32,355 nucleotides of DNA from NCBI RefSeq assembly GCF_001194135.2, contig NC_068998.1, forward strand, positions 43,630,487 to 43,662,841, in the 5' to 3' direction. Positions 21,362-32,355 of the stretch are shown in pieces (within the stretch, counting starts at the first letter, position 1; every line of letters begins with the position of its first letter). Below the pieces are notes generated by a model. It had not been told where the DNA came from and did not search any database. It saw only the letters and a program-made list of their open reading frames with translations. The DNA comes from Octopus bimaculoides. Taxonomy: Eukaryota. Position numbers and translations under genes: made by a program.

Positions 21362-21570
21362 GAGCTTTTATGTGGTTGCTTTAATTGTTAGAAATAACAA
21401 CTAAATCTCTCTAAAAATCATATCCTAGCTCAGCCTTAATATAGGGTTGACACATTTGGCAATGTACTTCTAGATTCTCAATGAATAGGCAATATGGTCA
21501 TTGCTGGGATAACTTTGATCATAAATCTGTTCAGTCAGGATTGATCTGGGGGTTATACACGAGCAACAAA
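21362..21570 (+). mobile_element. Family E repeat, copy 3
   Basis: TGTTAGAAATAACAACTAAATCTCTCT...GATCATAAATCTGTTCAGTCAGGATTGATCTGGGG. Confidence 0.55.
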
Positions 21571-21994
21571 CCTGAAAGAAGTTGCTGGGTTAAGACAAGA
21601 TAAAAAGAGATTGATGAAGAAACAGCAGAAAGAGAGTCAGAATACGGATGATATTACCTGAGTCTCAATGTCATTCAGAGTGACAGAATAAAAACTCATA
21701 TCAAATCAATGGCACAACATGTATACTTGATACAGAACATGATTTTTCGGTCGGCAATGGGAGCTGATGGTAATTTCATTTCATAACCAGTTTGAACTTT
21801 CTTCAACAAGGGTTGCAATATTGGCAGTTAATTTAGTAGTTTACATGGAGAAACAAGCTCTGCTGGAATTTGCCAAGAAGTCACGTTTAGAATAAGGCAA
21901 TAAGTATGGTAAAAATCGAAGATGTAGCAATAAATTGCTAGGAAAAAAAAAGAATTAAAGAAAAAACCAAGCAAAAAATGTATTGCATGGGCAA

Positions 21995-22096
21995 ACTGTA
22001 TGAGCATACACATATGTATTAATGCATGTGTGTTTGTATGAGTGTGTATGTGTGCATATTGGTATGGATATGTGTATGCATGTACATATGCATATG

Positions 22097-22166
<70 letters not shown>

Positions 22167-22294
22167 TATATATGTACAGATATACACACTTGCACACACA
22201 TATATATGTGTGTGTGTGTGTATATATATGTATGTATGTATATATATATATATGCATGTATGTGTATATATATATATATATTTGTATGTGTGTG

Positions 22295-22370
<76 letters not shown>

Positions 22371-22555
22371 TATGTGTATATATATGTACATATAGTATTT
22401 ATATATATATGTATATGTGTCTGTATGCATGCTTGTATAACTATATGTCTATATATATATATGTAAATATATATAGTTATCCATACACACACACACGTAC
22501 ACACACACACATACACATACACACGCACACACATATATATATAGTTATATATCTG
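21995..22555. repeat. Compound (TA)n/(TG)n/(CA)n microsatellite field
   Basis: Direct. Confidence 0.95.
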
Positions 22556-22780
22556 TAGTCATAGACTGTTGGATATGCACATATTTACATTTTATTTTAT
22601 TTGTTTTTATTCCTTAATTCCTCTGAACAACCTTATCATCACCAGTGTCCCCATCCGCTACACCATTGCTATCACCCTCATCAACCTTGTCTTTATCTCT
22701 TCATCCATTATCTTATATATATATATATATATACATACATATATATACATATATATATATATATATAAATATATATATAT

Positions 22781-23083
22781 NNNNNNNNNNNNNNNNNNNN
22801 NNNNNNNNNNNNNNNNNNNNNNNNNNNNNNNNNNNNNNNNNNNNNNNNNNNNNNNNNNNNNNNNNNNNNNNNNNNNNNNNNNNNNNNNNNNNNNNNNNNN
22901 NNNNNNNNNNNNNNNNNNNNNNNNNNNNNNNNNNNNNNNNNNNNNNNNNNNNNNNNNNNNNNNNNNNNNNNNNNNNNNNNNNNNNNNNNNNNNNNNNNNN
23001 NNNNNNNNNNNNNNNNNNNNNNNNNNNNNNNNNNNNNNNNNNNNNNNNNNNNNNNNNNNNNNNNNNNNNNNNNNNNNNNNNNN
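22781..23083. other. Assembly gap (N run)
   Basis: N run. Confidence 1.
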
Positions 23084-23485
23084 TTTTGCTTTTTCTTATT
23101 TCTGGTATTAGTAGAAAAATCTCTAATTCCGCACCCCCCATCTCAAAAAAAATCAAAAAACAATCCAAAGTTTGGTTAGTAACAGATAATTATTATCATT
23201 GTCCTCACAAGATCATCATTATATTTTTTTCTCCTTCATTATCATTATCACTTTTACATTTACAATGCGTGGTTTCGACTGGTTTAATTGGCCCGGCAGC
23301 GGCGGTGGTGGTGGTGGTGGAAAGGTGGGATGTTATATGTTACAGATAATTGAATCAACCTAACTTATGTAATTTGTCCCAAAGTTACTGTCTCCTAATG
23401 AGATGAACGGGAAAAAGTCAATCGAATTGACACGATATGACTGGTATTCATTTAGCTGACATCGGTTTCTAATTTCGGCAACTTG

Positions 23486-23677
23486 TCAGCAATTTGGGTA
23501 GGGGCATAAGTCAGTTACATCGGCCCCAGTACTCAGCTGGTACTTATTACATTGACTCCAAAATGGACAAAATGCAAAGTTGACCTTGGCAGAGTTTGAA
23601 CCCAATACATAAAGACGGATGAAAATGCCATGGAGCAGTTTGCTTGGTGTGCTAATGGTTCTGCTGGCTGACCGCCT
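23486..23677 (-). mobile_element. Family B SINE, diverged
   Basis: CCCCAGTACTCAGCTGGTACTTAT and AAAGTTGACCTTGGCAGAGTTTGAAC. Confidence 0.8.
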
Positions 23678-24034
23678 AACTTGTTTAGCAAAACTTGGAA
23701 AGATTACAGGCTTCCTGGTCACAGCAGAAGTTTAACTGATGTCGCAAGGAAATGTAATGGTATGCTATTTCTCGCCACTTCATTGATTCCTTGCATCTTG
23801 CTTTCTTTTTTGAGGCTGGAATGTTTGATTCCTGATTAGCCACCAAAACCCAAATTTGGGAGAAAGGCAACAAGCACAATGTTAAAAAAAACCCAAAAAA
23901 AACCCCAGGAAATAAGAATAATATATTTTGGTGAATAAAAGAATGAAATCCACAATAATGAGGCATCAATATGATGAGATATGAATGAATAACAATTAAT
24001 TACAAAAATGATAAGTAACTACAAAATAACAATT

Positions 24035-24240
24035 TTGAATTTTGTCACCGGGTCAACAGTATTTGAGGGAAGGGGGCTTTATGGGAAGGGGGATGATTAC
24101 ATCAACTCCATTATTTGACTGGTATTTATTTCATCGACCCTGAAAGGATGATAAGCAAGGTCAACCTCGGTAGAATTTGAACTCGGGAATTAAAGACGGA
24201 TGAAATGCTGGTAAGCATTTGGTCCAGAGTGCTAATGGGT
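24035..24240 (-). mobile_element. Family B SINE, diverged
   Basis: TTTCATCGACCCTGAAAGGATGA and GGTCAACCTCGGTAGAATTTGAACTC. Confidence 0.8.
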
Positions 24241-24499
24241 GGGCAGAAAACTTCTTGTCACATAGTCATGCCAGTACTTGAGAAAAACAGGAGCTGCGTG
24301 GGCGCATGTATTTTGATAGCTGACTGATGCCGGAGTTGATATGCTTCATTGAAAGTCTTAGAGATGTTACCCTTGTTTGGTCTCAGTCCAGTGGCCAAAA
24401 CCAATAAAACTGAAGAAAGATGAAGAATAATCACAAGACCTCAAATTTAAGGTGTAGTCAATTCAATTTCCTCCAATATTTAATTTGTATTCAAGGCAA

Positions 24500-24970
24500 C
24501 AAGCTAACAGAATCGTTACCGGCCGAAATGCTGTGAGGCATTTTACTTGGCTTTAGATTCTGAGTTTAAATTCCATTGAGTCTACTTTGCCTTTCATCTT
24601 TTCAAAGTCAATGAAGCATGTACCAGTTGAGTACTGGGGTTGATGTAATTCAATGATTCCCAAAGTGGGTGGTGCTGTCCCCTTGGGTGCAGAGGAATGA
24701 TCCAAGGGGGCATTGAAGAAAAGCAGGGTGATAATGGGGTGGCTGGAAGTGGGTACTGGATGGAAAACCCTCCAAACAATGGATTAAGTTAAGTTTTATT
24801 TATGAAATAAGGTTGTTTTAAATTTGCTATCGAAAGTGATCTATGTTTATGGTGGTGAGTGGGGTGAGGGTGCTAGGAATGTGACCTGGGTGCTAAGGAG
24901 GTGGCAACCCGATAAATTTTGACTTAATCCTGCCCTGAAATTGCTGGCCTTGTACCAAAATTTGAAACTA
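24500..24970 (+). mobile_element. Family B SINE split in two (24500-24650 and 24921-24970) by an insertion
   Basis: The B motif GATGTAAT|GACTTA is separated by 270 bp. Confidence 0.65.
24651..24920. mobile_element. Putative hAT (Charlie-like) MITE with damaged right end
   Basis: Left end CAATGATTCCCAAAGTGGG resembles CAGTGGTTCCCAAA-type hAT termini; GC-richer than its flanks; no clear TSD. Confidence 0.4.
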
Positions 24971-25015
24971 GGATTTAATTGGTATTTTTTTAAAAATCTA
25001 CTCAGAAGGATGGAT

Positions 25016-25196
25016 GGAGGCATGTGGCTTAGTGGTTAGGATGTTGGACTCATGACCATAAGATTGTGGTTTCAGTTCCTGGACCAGGCAATAACGTTAT
25101 ATTCGTGAGTGAAACACTTCATTTCACATTGCTACACTCCACTCAGCTGGTAGAAATGAGTAATCCTGCGATAGACCAGCATCCTATCCAGGGGTG
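25016..25196 (+). mobile_element. Family F-headed tRNA SINE
   Basis: TGGCTTAGTGGTTAGG A box; ACACTTCATTTCACATTGCT; CCACTCAGCTGGTAGAAATGAGT. Confidence 0.75.
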
Positions 25197-25199
25197 TAC

Positions 25200-25764
25200 A
25201 TCATTTCTTCTCACTACAGACACAAGGTCTGAAATTTTAGTGGTGTGTGCTACTCAATCACATCAACCCCAGTAGTCAACTGGCACCAATTTCATCAACC
25301 TTGAAATCTGATGCAATATTTGGTTGCTATCTCTTGCAGGTCAGGTAACCATATGGAGGCCTTTCATTTGATTGGCTGTGTATATATATATATATGTGCA
25401 GGTGACACGTAAAAGCACCCACTACACTCTCTGAGTGGTTGGCGTTAGGAAGGGCATCCAGCTGTAGAAACTCTGCCAAATTAGATTGGAGCCTGGTGTT
25501 GCCATCCGGTTTCACCAGTCCTCAGTCAAATCGTCCAACCCATGCTAGCATGGAAAGCGGACGTTAAACGATGATGATGATGATATATATATAGTTGTTA
25601 CTGAGCTTAGTTTGGACATAAGCTACCAGGCATATGCTCAATGGTGTTCCACTTGTGACTTTGCCATTATCCTGTTTATCCTTTGAACATTGTGAAACTT
25701 GGACAACATTATTCAGTATGTTCTTTTATTTAAATGATGGTATGCTTTTCAGTGAAGTGGTCCA
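25200..25764 (+). repeat. Local duplication, copy 1 (contains the family C insertion)
   Basis: Colinear with 27258-27693 across several relic-repeat junctions. Confidence 0.9.
25396..25583 (+). mobile_element. Family C retroposon, probably 5'-truncated, with (GAT)n tail, inserted in (TA)n
   Basis: Absent from the paralogous site at 27441-27449; contains GGCGTTAGGAAGGGCATCCAGCTGTAGAAA and the palindrome CCATGCTAGCATGG. Confidence 0.9.
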
Positions 25765-26750
25765 CTGCAGAGGCCAGGTAGCCAACCTGATCAGTCTATA
25801 GAAGGCTGTAAAACAAAGCTAACCTTGGCGAGGTTTGAATGCATGATGCAAAGGGACATAACTAGATACTGCAAGGCAGTCTGTCCGTCAATCCTGCTAA
25901 CTCACCACCCGTAACTATAACATAATATTAATAATATAAGAATATAATAACCGAAATATATTTAGAAGGAAAACATGAAAATGAAGAAGGAAAAAAAATG
26001 AAAATGCACAAAAGTAAAACATAGTATAAAGAAAATTAAAAAAATATTTAAAAAATGTGAAAATTTCTAAAGCAAAAGATGACATAAAAGATATTCTCCC
26101 GAGAATATTGGTAAAAGCGTTATTCTGGATGTTCTAAAAGTCTTTTTAATAATCTAAGAAACTCTAATGAACTTCCATTTTAAAATTGACATTTAAAAAA
26201 CCCCTCAAAAATAACAACAATAACAACACACAATCATAAAACAGACAGAATATATAATGTATAAAATACACTGATCTAAATATAAAAAAAAAAAAGAAGT
26301 TTTTTAAGCAGTTCAAATATTAATGTTTCCTGAAAGACTTATAAGTCTTTGGAAGAAGAAAAAATAGCAAACATTAATGTTCTTTTATATATATTTTTTT
26401 AATATTTTTTTTATTTTTCAAGCCGTCTTAAGCTGAGTGAAAACTTTTGAGTATGATTCTGTTAAAAAAAAAAAAAAAAAAATAGACTAATTGACAAGAT
26501 CATGCTAATTTTTCTATGCAGTTCTGGCGACCGAAAACCGTTACATAGTAAATAATGACAGTATGTTTAATTGACAGCATGGTAGGGCAGGGCAAAGCCT
26601 GGTATGGGGCTGGGTTAGTAAGGGTATGTTTGATGTGTTTAGTGTTTACTGTCAGTTTGTTTAAAAATGATAATATTGTGTTGGGAAATTTTCCAGGAAT
26701 GACTTCTGTATAAAAAGCCTATAGTTAAGTAGGAGAGGACTGATACCTTT

Positions 26751-27164
26751 TAGCTTTTACTTGTTTCAGTCATTAGACTGCAGCCATGCTGGATCACTGC
26801 CTCAAAGAATCTTTAGTTGAAGGAATTTACCCCAGCACTTACTTTTGTTAAGTTTGGTAGTTATTCCATTGGACACTTTTGCCAAACCACTAAGTTATGA
26901 AATGTAAACACATGGACAGTGGTTGTCAAGTGGTGGTGAGGACAACCACAGACACAAACACACACATGCAAACGTGTGCGCACACACACACACACACATG
27001 TATGTGATGATTTTCTTTCAGTTTCTGTCTTTCAAATCTGCTAACAGATTTTTGGTGAGCCCAAAACTATAGTAGAAGATTCTTGCCCAAGGTGCCATGT
27101 AGTGGGTCTGAACCTGAATCCATGTAGTTGGGAAACAAGCTCTTTACCACATAGCCATACCTGC
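26751..27164 (-). mobile_element. Family A SINE, diverged, near full length
   Basis: Colinear with 11931-12331. Confidence 0.85.
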
Positions 27165-27257
27165 AGCACCTAATATATTAAATATAATGAACTAAAGACA
27201 ACGTTTAATCAATTAAAATCACATTCATAATGTGATGTAAAGTTGTTCGAATTAGTA

Positions 27258-27693
27258 ATCATTTCTTCTTGCTACTACAGACACAAGGTCTAACATTTTA
27301 GAGGTGTGTGCTACACTGTTACATCAACCCCAGCAGTCAACTGATACTTATTTCCTAAATCTTGAAATCTGAAGTGAGATTTGGTTGTTATCTCTTGCAA
27401 GTAAAGTAACCATGTAGAGGTCTTTTGTTTGGTTGACTGTGTATATATAGTTGTTACTGAGCTTAGTTTGGACATAAACTACCAGGCATTTGCTCAATGG
27501 TGTTCCACTTGTGACTTGGCCATTATCTTGTTTATCTTTTGGACATTGTGGACTTGGCCATTATCCTGTGTATCTTTTGGACATTGTGGACTTGGCCATT
27601 ATCCTGTGTATCTTTCAGACATTGTAGATATAGGACAACATTATTCAATGTTTTCTATTTTAACGATGGCATGCTTTTCAGTGAAGTGATCCA
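27258..27693 (+). repeat. Local duplication, copy 2 (empty site, internal 38-bp triplication)
   Basis: Colinear with 25200-25764. Confidence 0.9.
27513..27626 (+). repeat. Tandem repeat, 3 x 38 bp
   Basis: Units start at 27513, 27551 and 27589 (GACTTGGCCATTATC.TG.(T/G)TATCTTT..GACATTGT.). Confidence 0.95.
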
Positions 27694-28124
27694 TTTTTTA
27701 AAATTTTGCTTTGATGTGTAGAATTTACCAATTCTCCTTGAGGAGATACCTGCATCAGCTTTTATCTTATGCCTCTCTTCAAATTCATTATCTATCCTAA
27801 TTATGTTATGAATTTCATGCTCAAAAATGGCTGTATTTTAATGAGTGAGATTTAGAAACTATGTCTTGCAGGTTAACTGACCATTCATAGGTACACATTT
27901 TGGTTCATCAGTATAAAGAGCATTAACATGTTGTTACTTTTCTGAGCAGAACACATGTATACATAGCCTCAGTTTTCCCTTAGCTATTAAGAATATGTAT
28001 AAAACCTCATGCAAGCATAACTTATAATAGATGTACTGGCATGTTATCCAAGAGAATATTTACTTTTCATCTTCCCTACAATGTATTCTTCTGAAATTCC
28101 ATTTGAAAAAACTTTTGTTACGTT

Positions 28125-28345
28125 TATTTCTGGAGACATAACTAAATATCTTTGTTCTCTCATCGAATCCCCTATCACACCTGATGATACTACACAGCGG
28201 CTGTAAGAAAGGGTCATATAACATCCCTCACCTTTTCTCAGCTGATGACCTGAAGCTGTTTGGGCCAAGTATTAACCGTATCAAAAAGCAACTGAATCTC
28301 ATAAACCGATTCTCTGAAGACATTGGAATGAAACTTGGTGAGTCC
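28125..28345 (+). mobile_element. R4/Dong-like LINE reverse transcriptase fragment (catalytic DD region)
   Basis: SGD(fs)IFVLSSNPLSHL...PHLFSADDLKLFG...KKQLNLINRFSEDIGMKLGES matches the pattern QGD..S..LF.L.LNPLS...HL...DDLKL......FS.DIGM.FG. Confidence 0.8.
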
Positions 28346-28610
28346 ATTTTGTCTCCCGATCCCAGCAATTGTAACAAACTATAGCGCACCAGAATTATAG
28401 CAAAATTATATAATGTAATGTAGAGGAAGATGGAAAGTGTTGTAACACAGCCTGCAGCATTTAAATGCTACAATGTGCAATGTTTAACTCCAGCTAAATA
28501 GTACACCAATGTGACATCACAACTTTTGACCAAAGAAATTAGTAAATTTAAATTAAGTCAGTTGCTACAATGATATATTAATGACACGTCAACAGGGATC
28601 TCAATCTGTG

Positions 28611-28712
28611 CTATTGTAGAAGACACTTGCCCAAGGTGCCACACAGTAGGACTGAACCCAGAACCATGTGGTTGGGAAGCAAGCTTCTTACCACACAGCC
28701 ACTCCTGTGCCT
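28611..28712 (-). mobile_element. Family A SINE 5' part
   Basis: GAAGACACTTGCCCAAGGTGCCACACAGT...CTTACCACACAGCCACTCCTG. Confidence 0.9.
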
Positions 28713-28985
28713 ATGTACATGTTTATTTACTTATTAATTAATTTATTTACTTACATGATTTATACACATATCAAACCTGATGTATGTATAAATCAGAGTT
28801 ATTTTGGTGTTGCTGTTGTTTTGCCATTTTATTAAATTGATACAGTTACAGAGAAGTAAGAAGAGAGAAGTGTGTTAGCAACACAAAATTCTGTCAGTTA
28901 CTCAGGAATGTGAATACATAATCACAACTCACATCATCATGGAGATCTTGTTCACACCTTACAATAAATAAATAAATATATATAT

Positions 28986-29369
28986 NNNNNNNNNNNNNNN
29001 NNNNNNNNNNNNNNNNNNNNNNNNNNNNNNNNNNNNNNNNNNNNNNNNNNNNNNNNNNNNNNNNNNNNNNNNNNNNNNNNNNNNNNNNNNNNNNNNNNNN
29101 NNNNNNNNNNNNNNNNNNNNNNNNNNNNNNNNNNNNNNNNNNNNNNNNNNNNNNNNNNNNNNNNNNNNNNNNNNNNNNNNNNNNNNNNNNNNNNNNNNNN
29201 NNNNNNNNNNNNNNNNNNNNNNNNNNNNNNNNNNNNNNNNNNNNNNNNNNNNNNNNNNNNNNNNNNNNNNNNNNNNNNNNNNNNNNNNNNNNNNNNNNNN
29301 NNNNNNNNNNNNNNNNNNNNNNNNNNNNNNNNNNNNNNNNNNNNNNNNNNNNNNNNNNNNNNNNNNNNN
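28986..29369. other. Assembly gap (N run)
   Basis: N run inside (TA)n. Confidence 1.
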
Positions 29370-29432
29370 ATATTTATATATGTATGTATATATATATGTA
29401 TATATATATATATATGTATGTATATTTATATA

Positions 29433-29471
<39 letters not shown>

Positions 29472-29745
29472 ATATATACATATATATACATTTTATGTAT
29501 ATGTGTATATGTGTGTACATGTATGTATGTGTATATATGTGAGTGTGTGTGTGTGTGTGTGTATATATATATGTGTGTGTGTGTGTATATGTATATATAT
29601 AAATATATACATATCTACATTTTCATGTATACATGTGTGTATGTTTGTGTGTGTGAATGTATGTATGTGTATATATATATATATGTGTGTCTATGTATGT
29701 GTGGGTGGGTGTATGTATGTGTGGGTGTGTGTACACACACATAAT
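29370..29745. repeat. Compound (TA)n/(TG)n microsatellite
   Basis: Direct. Confidence 0.95.
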
Positions 29746-29935
29746 GATATCTGCAAAAGCTGTTACCATTCTGAGTTATTTTGTATATATTCATTAAACA
29801 TTAAAGTTTTATTGCCTTTGCACATGCTCTCCCTGTATATATAAGAACGTGTGTGTGTGTAAAATTAAACTGTTTCATTCTATAAACAAAAGTAGCAGAG
29901 AAAACACAACACACAGAACTGAATATATTGCTTAT

Positions 29936-30163
29936 TTAACCCTTTAATATTCAGATTACTTTGTCAAATGTAATGCTTATTCATTCGCCTTGTTTTAAAT
30001 TAATCATGCATTATCTTGTAGCTCTAAGATTTTGATAATGTGATTTTTTTATCCTTAGAATAACATTGTAGGGTAGGTTTGAAAGGCCAAATCTGGCTGG
30101 TTTAAACATAAAACAGGTTGAATATTTGAGCTGGATATGACCGGTTTAGATTCTAAAAAGTTG
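29936..30163. mobile_element. Putative piggyBac-type MITE
   Basis: Left end TTAA|CCCTTT is the canonical piggyBac target plus terminus; right end TTCTAAAAAGTT is a decayed ...AAAGGG|TTAA. Confidence 0.5.
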
Positions 30164-30384
30164 CCCTAAATTTCTTTCCCACACTTCAGATTTAATGTCA
30201 CTGTGATCTTGAAACATTTTTTACTGGTATTTCAAGCTGTTTTTTTTTTTATATGATAGAACTGGTTCACTCTTCTGTTTGTGTCTATTGTTTTCATGGC
30301 CAGTTTCTAAACATTGGTTCCAAAATTCTGGCACAAGGTCACAAGTTTGAAGGTAGTGATAAATCAATTACCTCGACCCCCCCC

Positions 30385-30568
30385 NNNNNNNNNNNNNNNN
30401 NNNNNNNNNNNNNNNNNNNNNNNNNNNNNNNNNNNNNNNNNNNNNNNNNNNNNNNNNNNNNNNNNNNNNNNNNNNNNNNNNNNNNNNNNNNNNNNNNNNN
30501 NNNNNNNNNNNNNNNNNNNNNNNNNNNNNNNNNNNNNNNNNNNNNNNNNNNNNNNNNNNNNNNNNNNN
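30385..30568. other. Assembly gap (N run)
   Basis: N run after a C run. Confidence 1.
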
Positions 30569-31074
30569 GAAGAATTTGAAACAAAAACATACAAAATGCT
30601 GCTATGCCTTTTGCTTGGTGTCCTAATGATTCAGCCAGCTCCCTACCTTCCCGTTTCTAAATATTATTTTGTCAGTGTGAAGCCATTTCACTTATTGTCA
30701 GCCTGTCACTTTTCATTAGCTAATTTGTCTGTTGTTTTTGCCTCGTTTGGTTGATTTAATTATTATATCATGATTGTTGGTTTCAAATTTTGACACCAGA
30801 CCAGCAAGTTCCGGGGGGGGGGGGGAGATGATTACATTCAACCCCATTGCTTAACTGGTACTTATTTTATCAAACCCAAAAGAATGAAAGCAAAGTCATC
30901 TGCAGAAGAATTTGAAACAAAAACATACAAAATGCTGCTATGCCTTTTGCTTGGTGTCCTAATGATTCAGCCAGCTCCCTACCTTCCCGTTTCTAAATAT
31001 TATTTTGTCAGTGTGAAGCCATTTCACTTATTGTCAGCCTGTCACTTTTCATTAGCTAATTTGTCTGTTGTTTT
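30569..31074 (+). repeat. Exact 170-bp direct repeat (30569-30738 = 30905-31074)
   Basis: Identical by eye, offset 336 bp; the first copy abuts a gap. Confidence 0.9.
30783..30985 (-). mobile_element. Family B SINE (beta-type), diverged
   Basis: GATTACATTCAACCCCATTGCTTAACTGGTACTTATTTTATC...AATTTGAAAC. Confidence 0.7.
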
Positions 31075-32355
31075 ACCTCTGTTGGCCGATTAAATCATTG
31101 TATCATTTTTCTTCATTGATTTATTAGGGATCTGGCTAATGCCACTATGCGTTTTTTTCTGCTCTTGTCATGTCCTTTCACAGTTTCCATTTCTATGTTA
31201 TTGGTCCAATTGATCTATTATTTTATTTTGGTCCTGATTTCTACACTTCCTCTGACACCTCCAACAAATAGTTTTTAAAAATGTGTTTATTCTGTCTAAA
31301 ACCTAATTTCATTTGTTAAGCATGAATATTTATCATGCAATATATTTCTGTGGTACACTGGGAGCATGTCATACAACCATTTATGTAAGGGGTGATACTG
31401 TCTATTATTGCTGACTCTATATTTTTATTCTTAAATCCCAAATGTGTCTTGAAAGAGATATTGTATTCCTTCAGTATATACTGTCGAATAAGTGCATGTG
31501 TTGTGCATATCTGATTTTAAACTTTTCCTTTGTTACTCCACATATAATATATGATTATTTCTGGAGATATGATTTGTCTTGTAATATATTACTACATTCT
31601 CAAAGAAAACGAATACATTATGTCACTGGAGTTCTATCTTGAATTCCTGTTTAGAAACAATATTCTTTTAGCACAATTAACCAAAGTATTTGTAATATTT
31701 TAAATACTTAATTGTTGAAAGCAGGGTGGTTGTGGAAAATGTTGATAGTCTTATGAACAAATCAAAAATTCTCTTCTGCAAATGAGTAATTAATGTTTAC
31801 TTTTTGTTTTTCTTTCTTTATTTTTTAAAATTTTATTCTTGTTTTTTATTTTTTTTTTATTTTATTCTTAGTTTTTACCTTATTTCTACTTTTTTTTTTT
31901 TTCAATTTTTGTCAAGCGGGCTTATTGGAATCCATCATGAAATATTGTCACATGATTAATTTCAGAACTGGTTCTCTTGTTAACAACATGTATGCCCAAT
32001 AATCTTTAATCTTTATCTCATATATATATATAAATATGTAATAAAGATGACTCTGTAAATAGTCCAACCAATTATTTTGTAAGCCAGACTTGATTAATGA
32101 GGGGCTTAAATTCATTGAGTTCTAATACACTAGCAACAGTCCAGTCACACAATGTTATAATTTGGAGAAGCTTCCTAGATATTCCACTCAACCATGAACA
32201 GTGGTTGTTAAACCACTAGAGTGCTTGAGCAAACACTGTAAAAGCAATATTTAGGGTCGTTAATACAGTTATTCATCAAAATGCATTAAGAAAATGCATC
32301 CAGAAGAAAATAATTACTAGACTACCCAATTATCTGCAATATATATATATATATA

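Noticed and set aside
21743-21895. 51-codon open stretch ending [16 protein letters not shown]
   Set aside because: No convincing splice sites or homology; within chance expectation
27513-27626. 38-bp direct repeats as a CRISPR-like array
   Set aside because: Units are contiguous with no spacers, the context is eukaryotic, and there are no cas genes

Overview
This is AT-rich eukaryotic non-coding DNA, most likely intronic or intergenic sequence from an Octopus genome. That assignment is inferred from recognisable octopus-type tRNA-derived SINEs, dense (TA)n/(TAA)n/(CA)n microsatellites and a gap-rich draft assembly (9 N-gaps, about 3.3 kb). I recognise no host protein-coding gene, RNA gene or CRISPR array. 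Nearly all ORF-track entries are microsatellite or N-gap artefacts. The real coding remnants are retroelement and transposon fossils: two 3' ends and one RT fragment of an R4/Dong-like LINE, an RTE-like RT fragment and a mariner C-terminus. The window is a mosaic of recurring interspersed repeats, which I label A, B, C, E, F and G for this report only. It also holds nested insertions, three local duplications and putative DNA-transposon MITEs. I found no convincing evidence of a new multi-gene system. The best-supported observations concern repeat biology: a filled/empty insertion-site pair, a SINE nested in a SINE with a 17-bp TSD, microsatellite-targeted insertions, a SINE carrying an internal microsatellite, and close inverted SINE pairs that could form ADAR substrates. 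A few weak micro-exon candidates are also listed. All alignments and identities were judged by eye, and boundaries are approximate unless a TSD is given.
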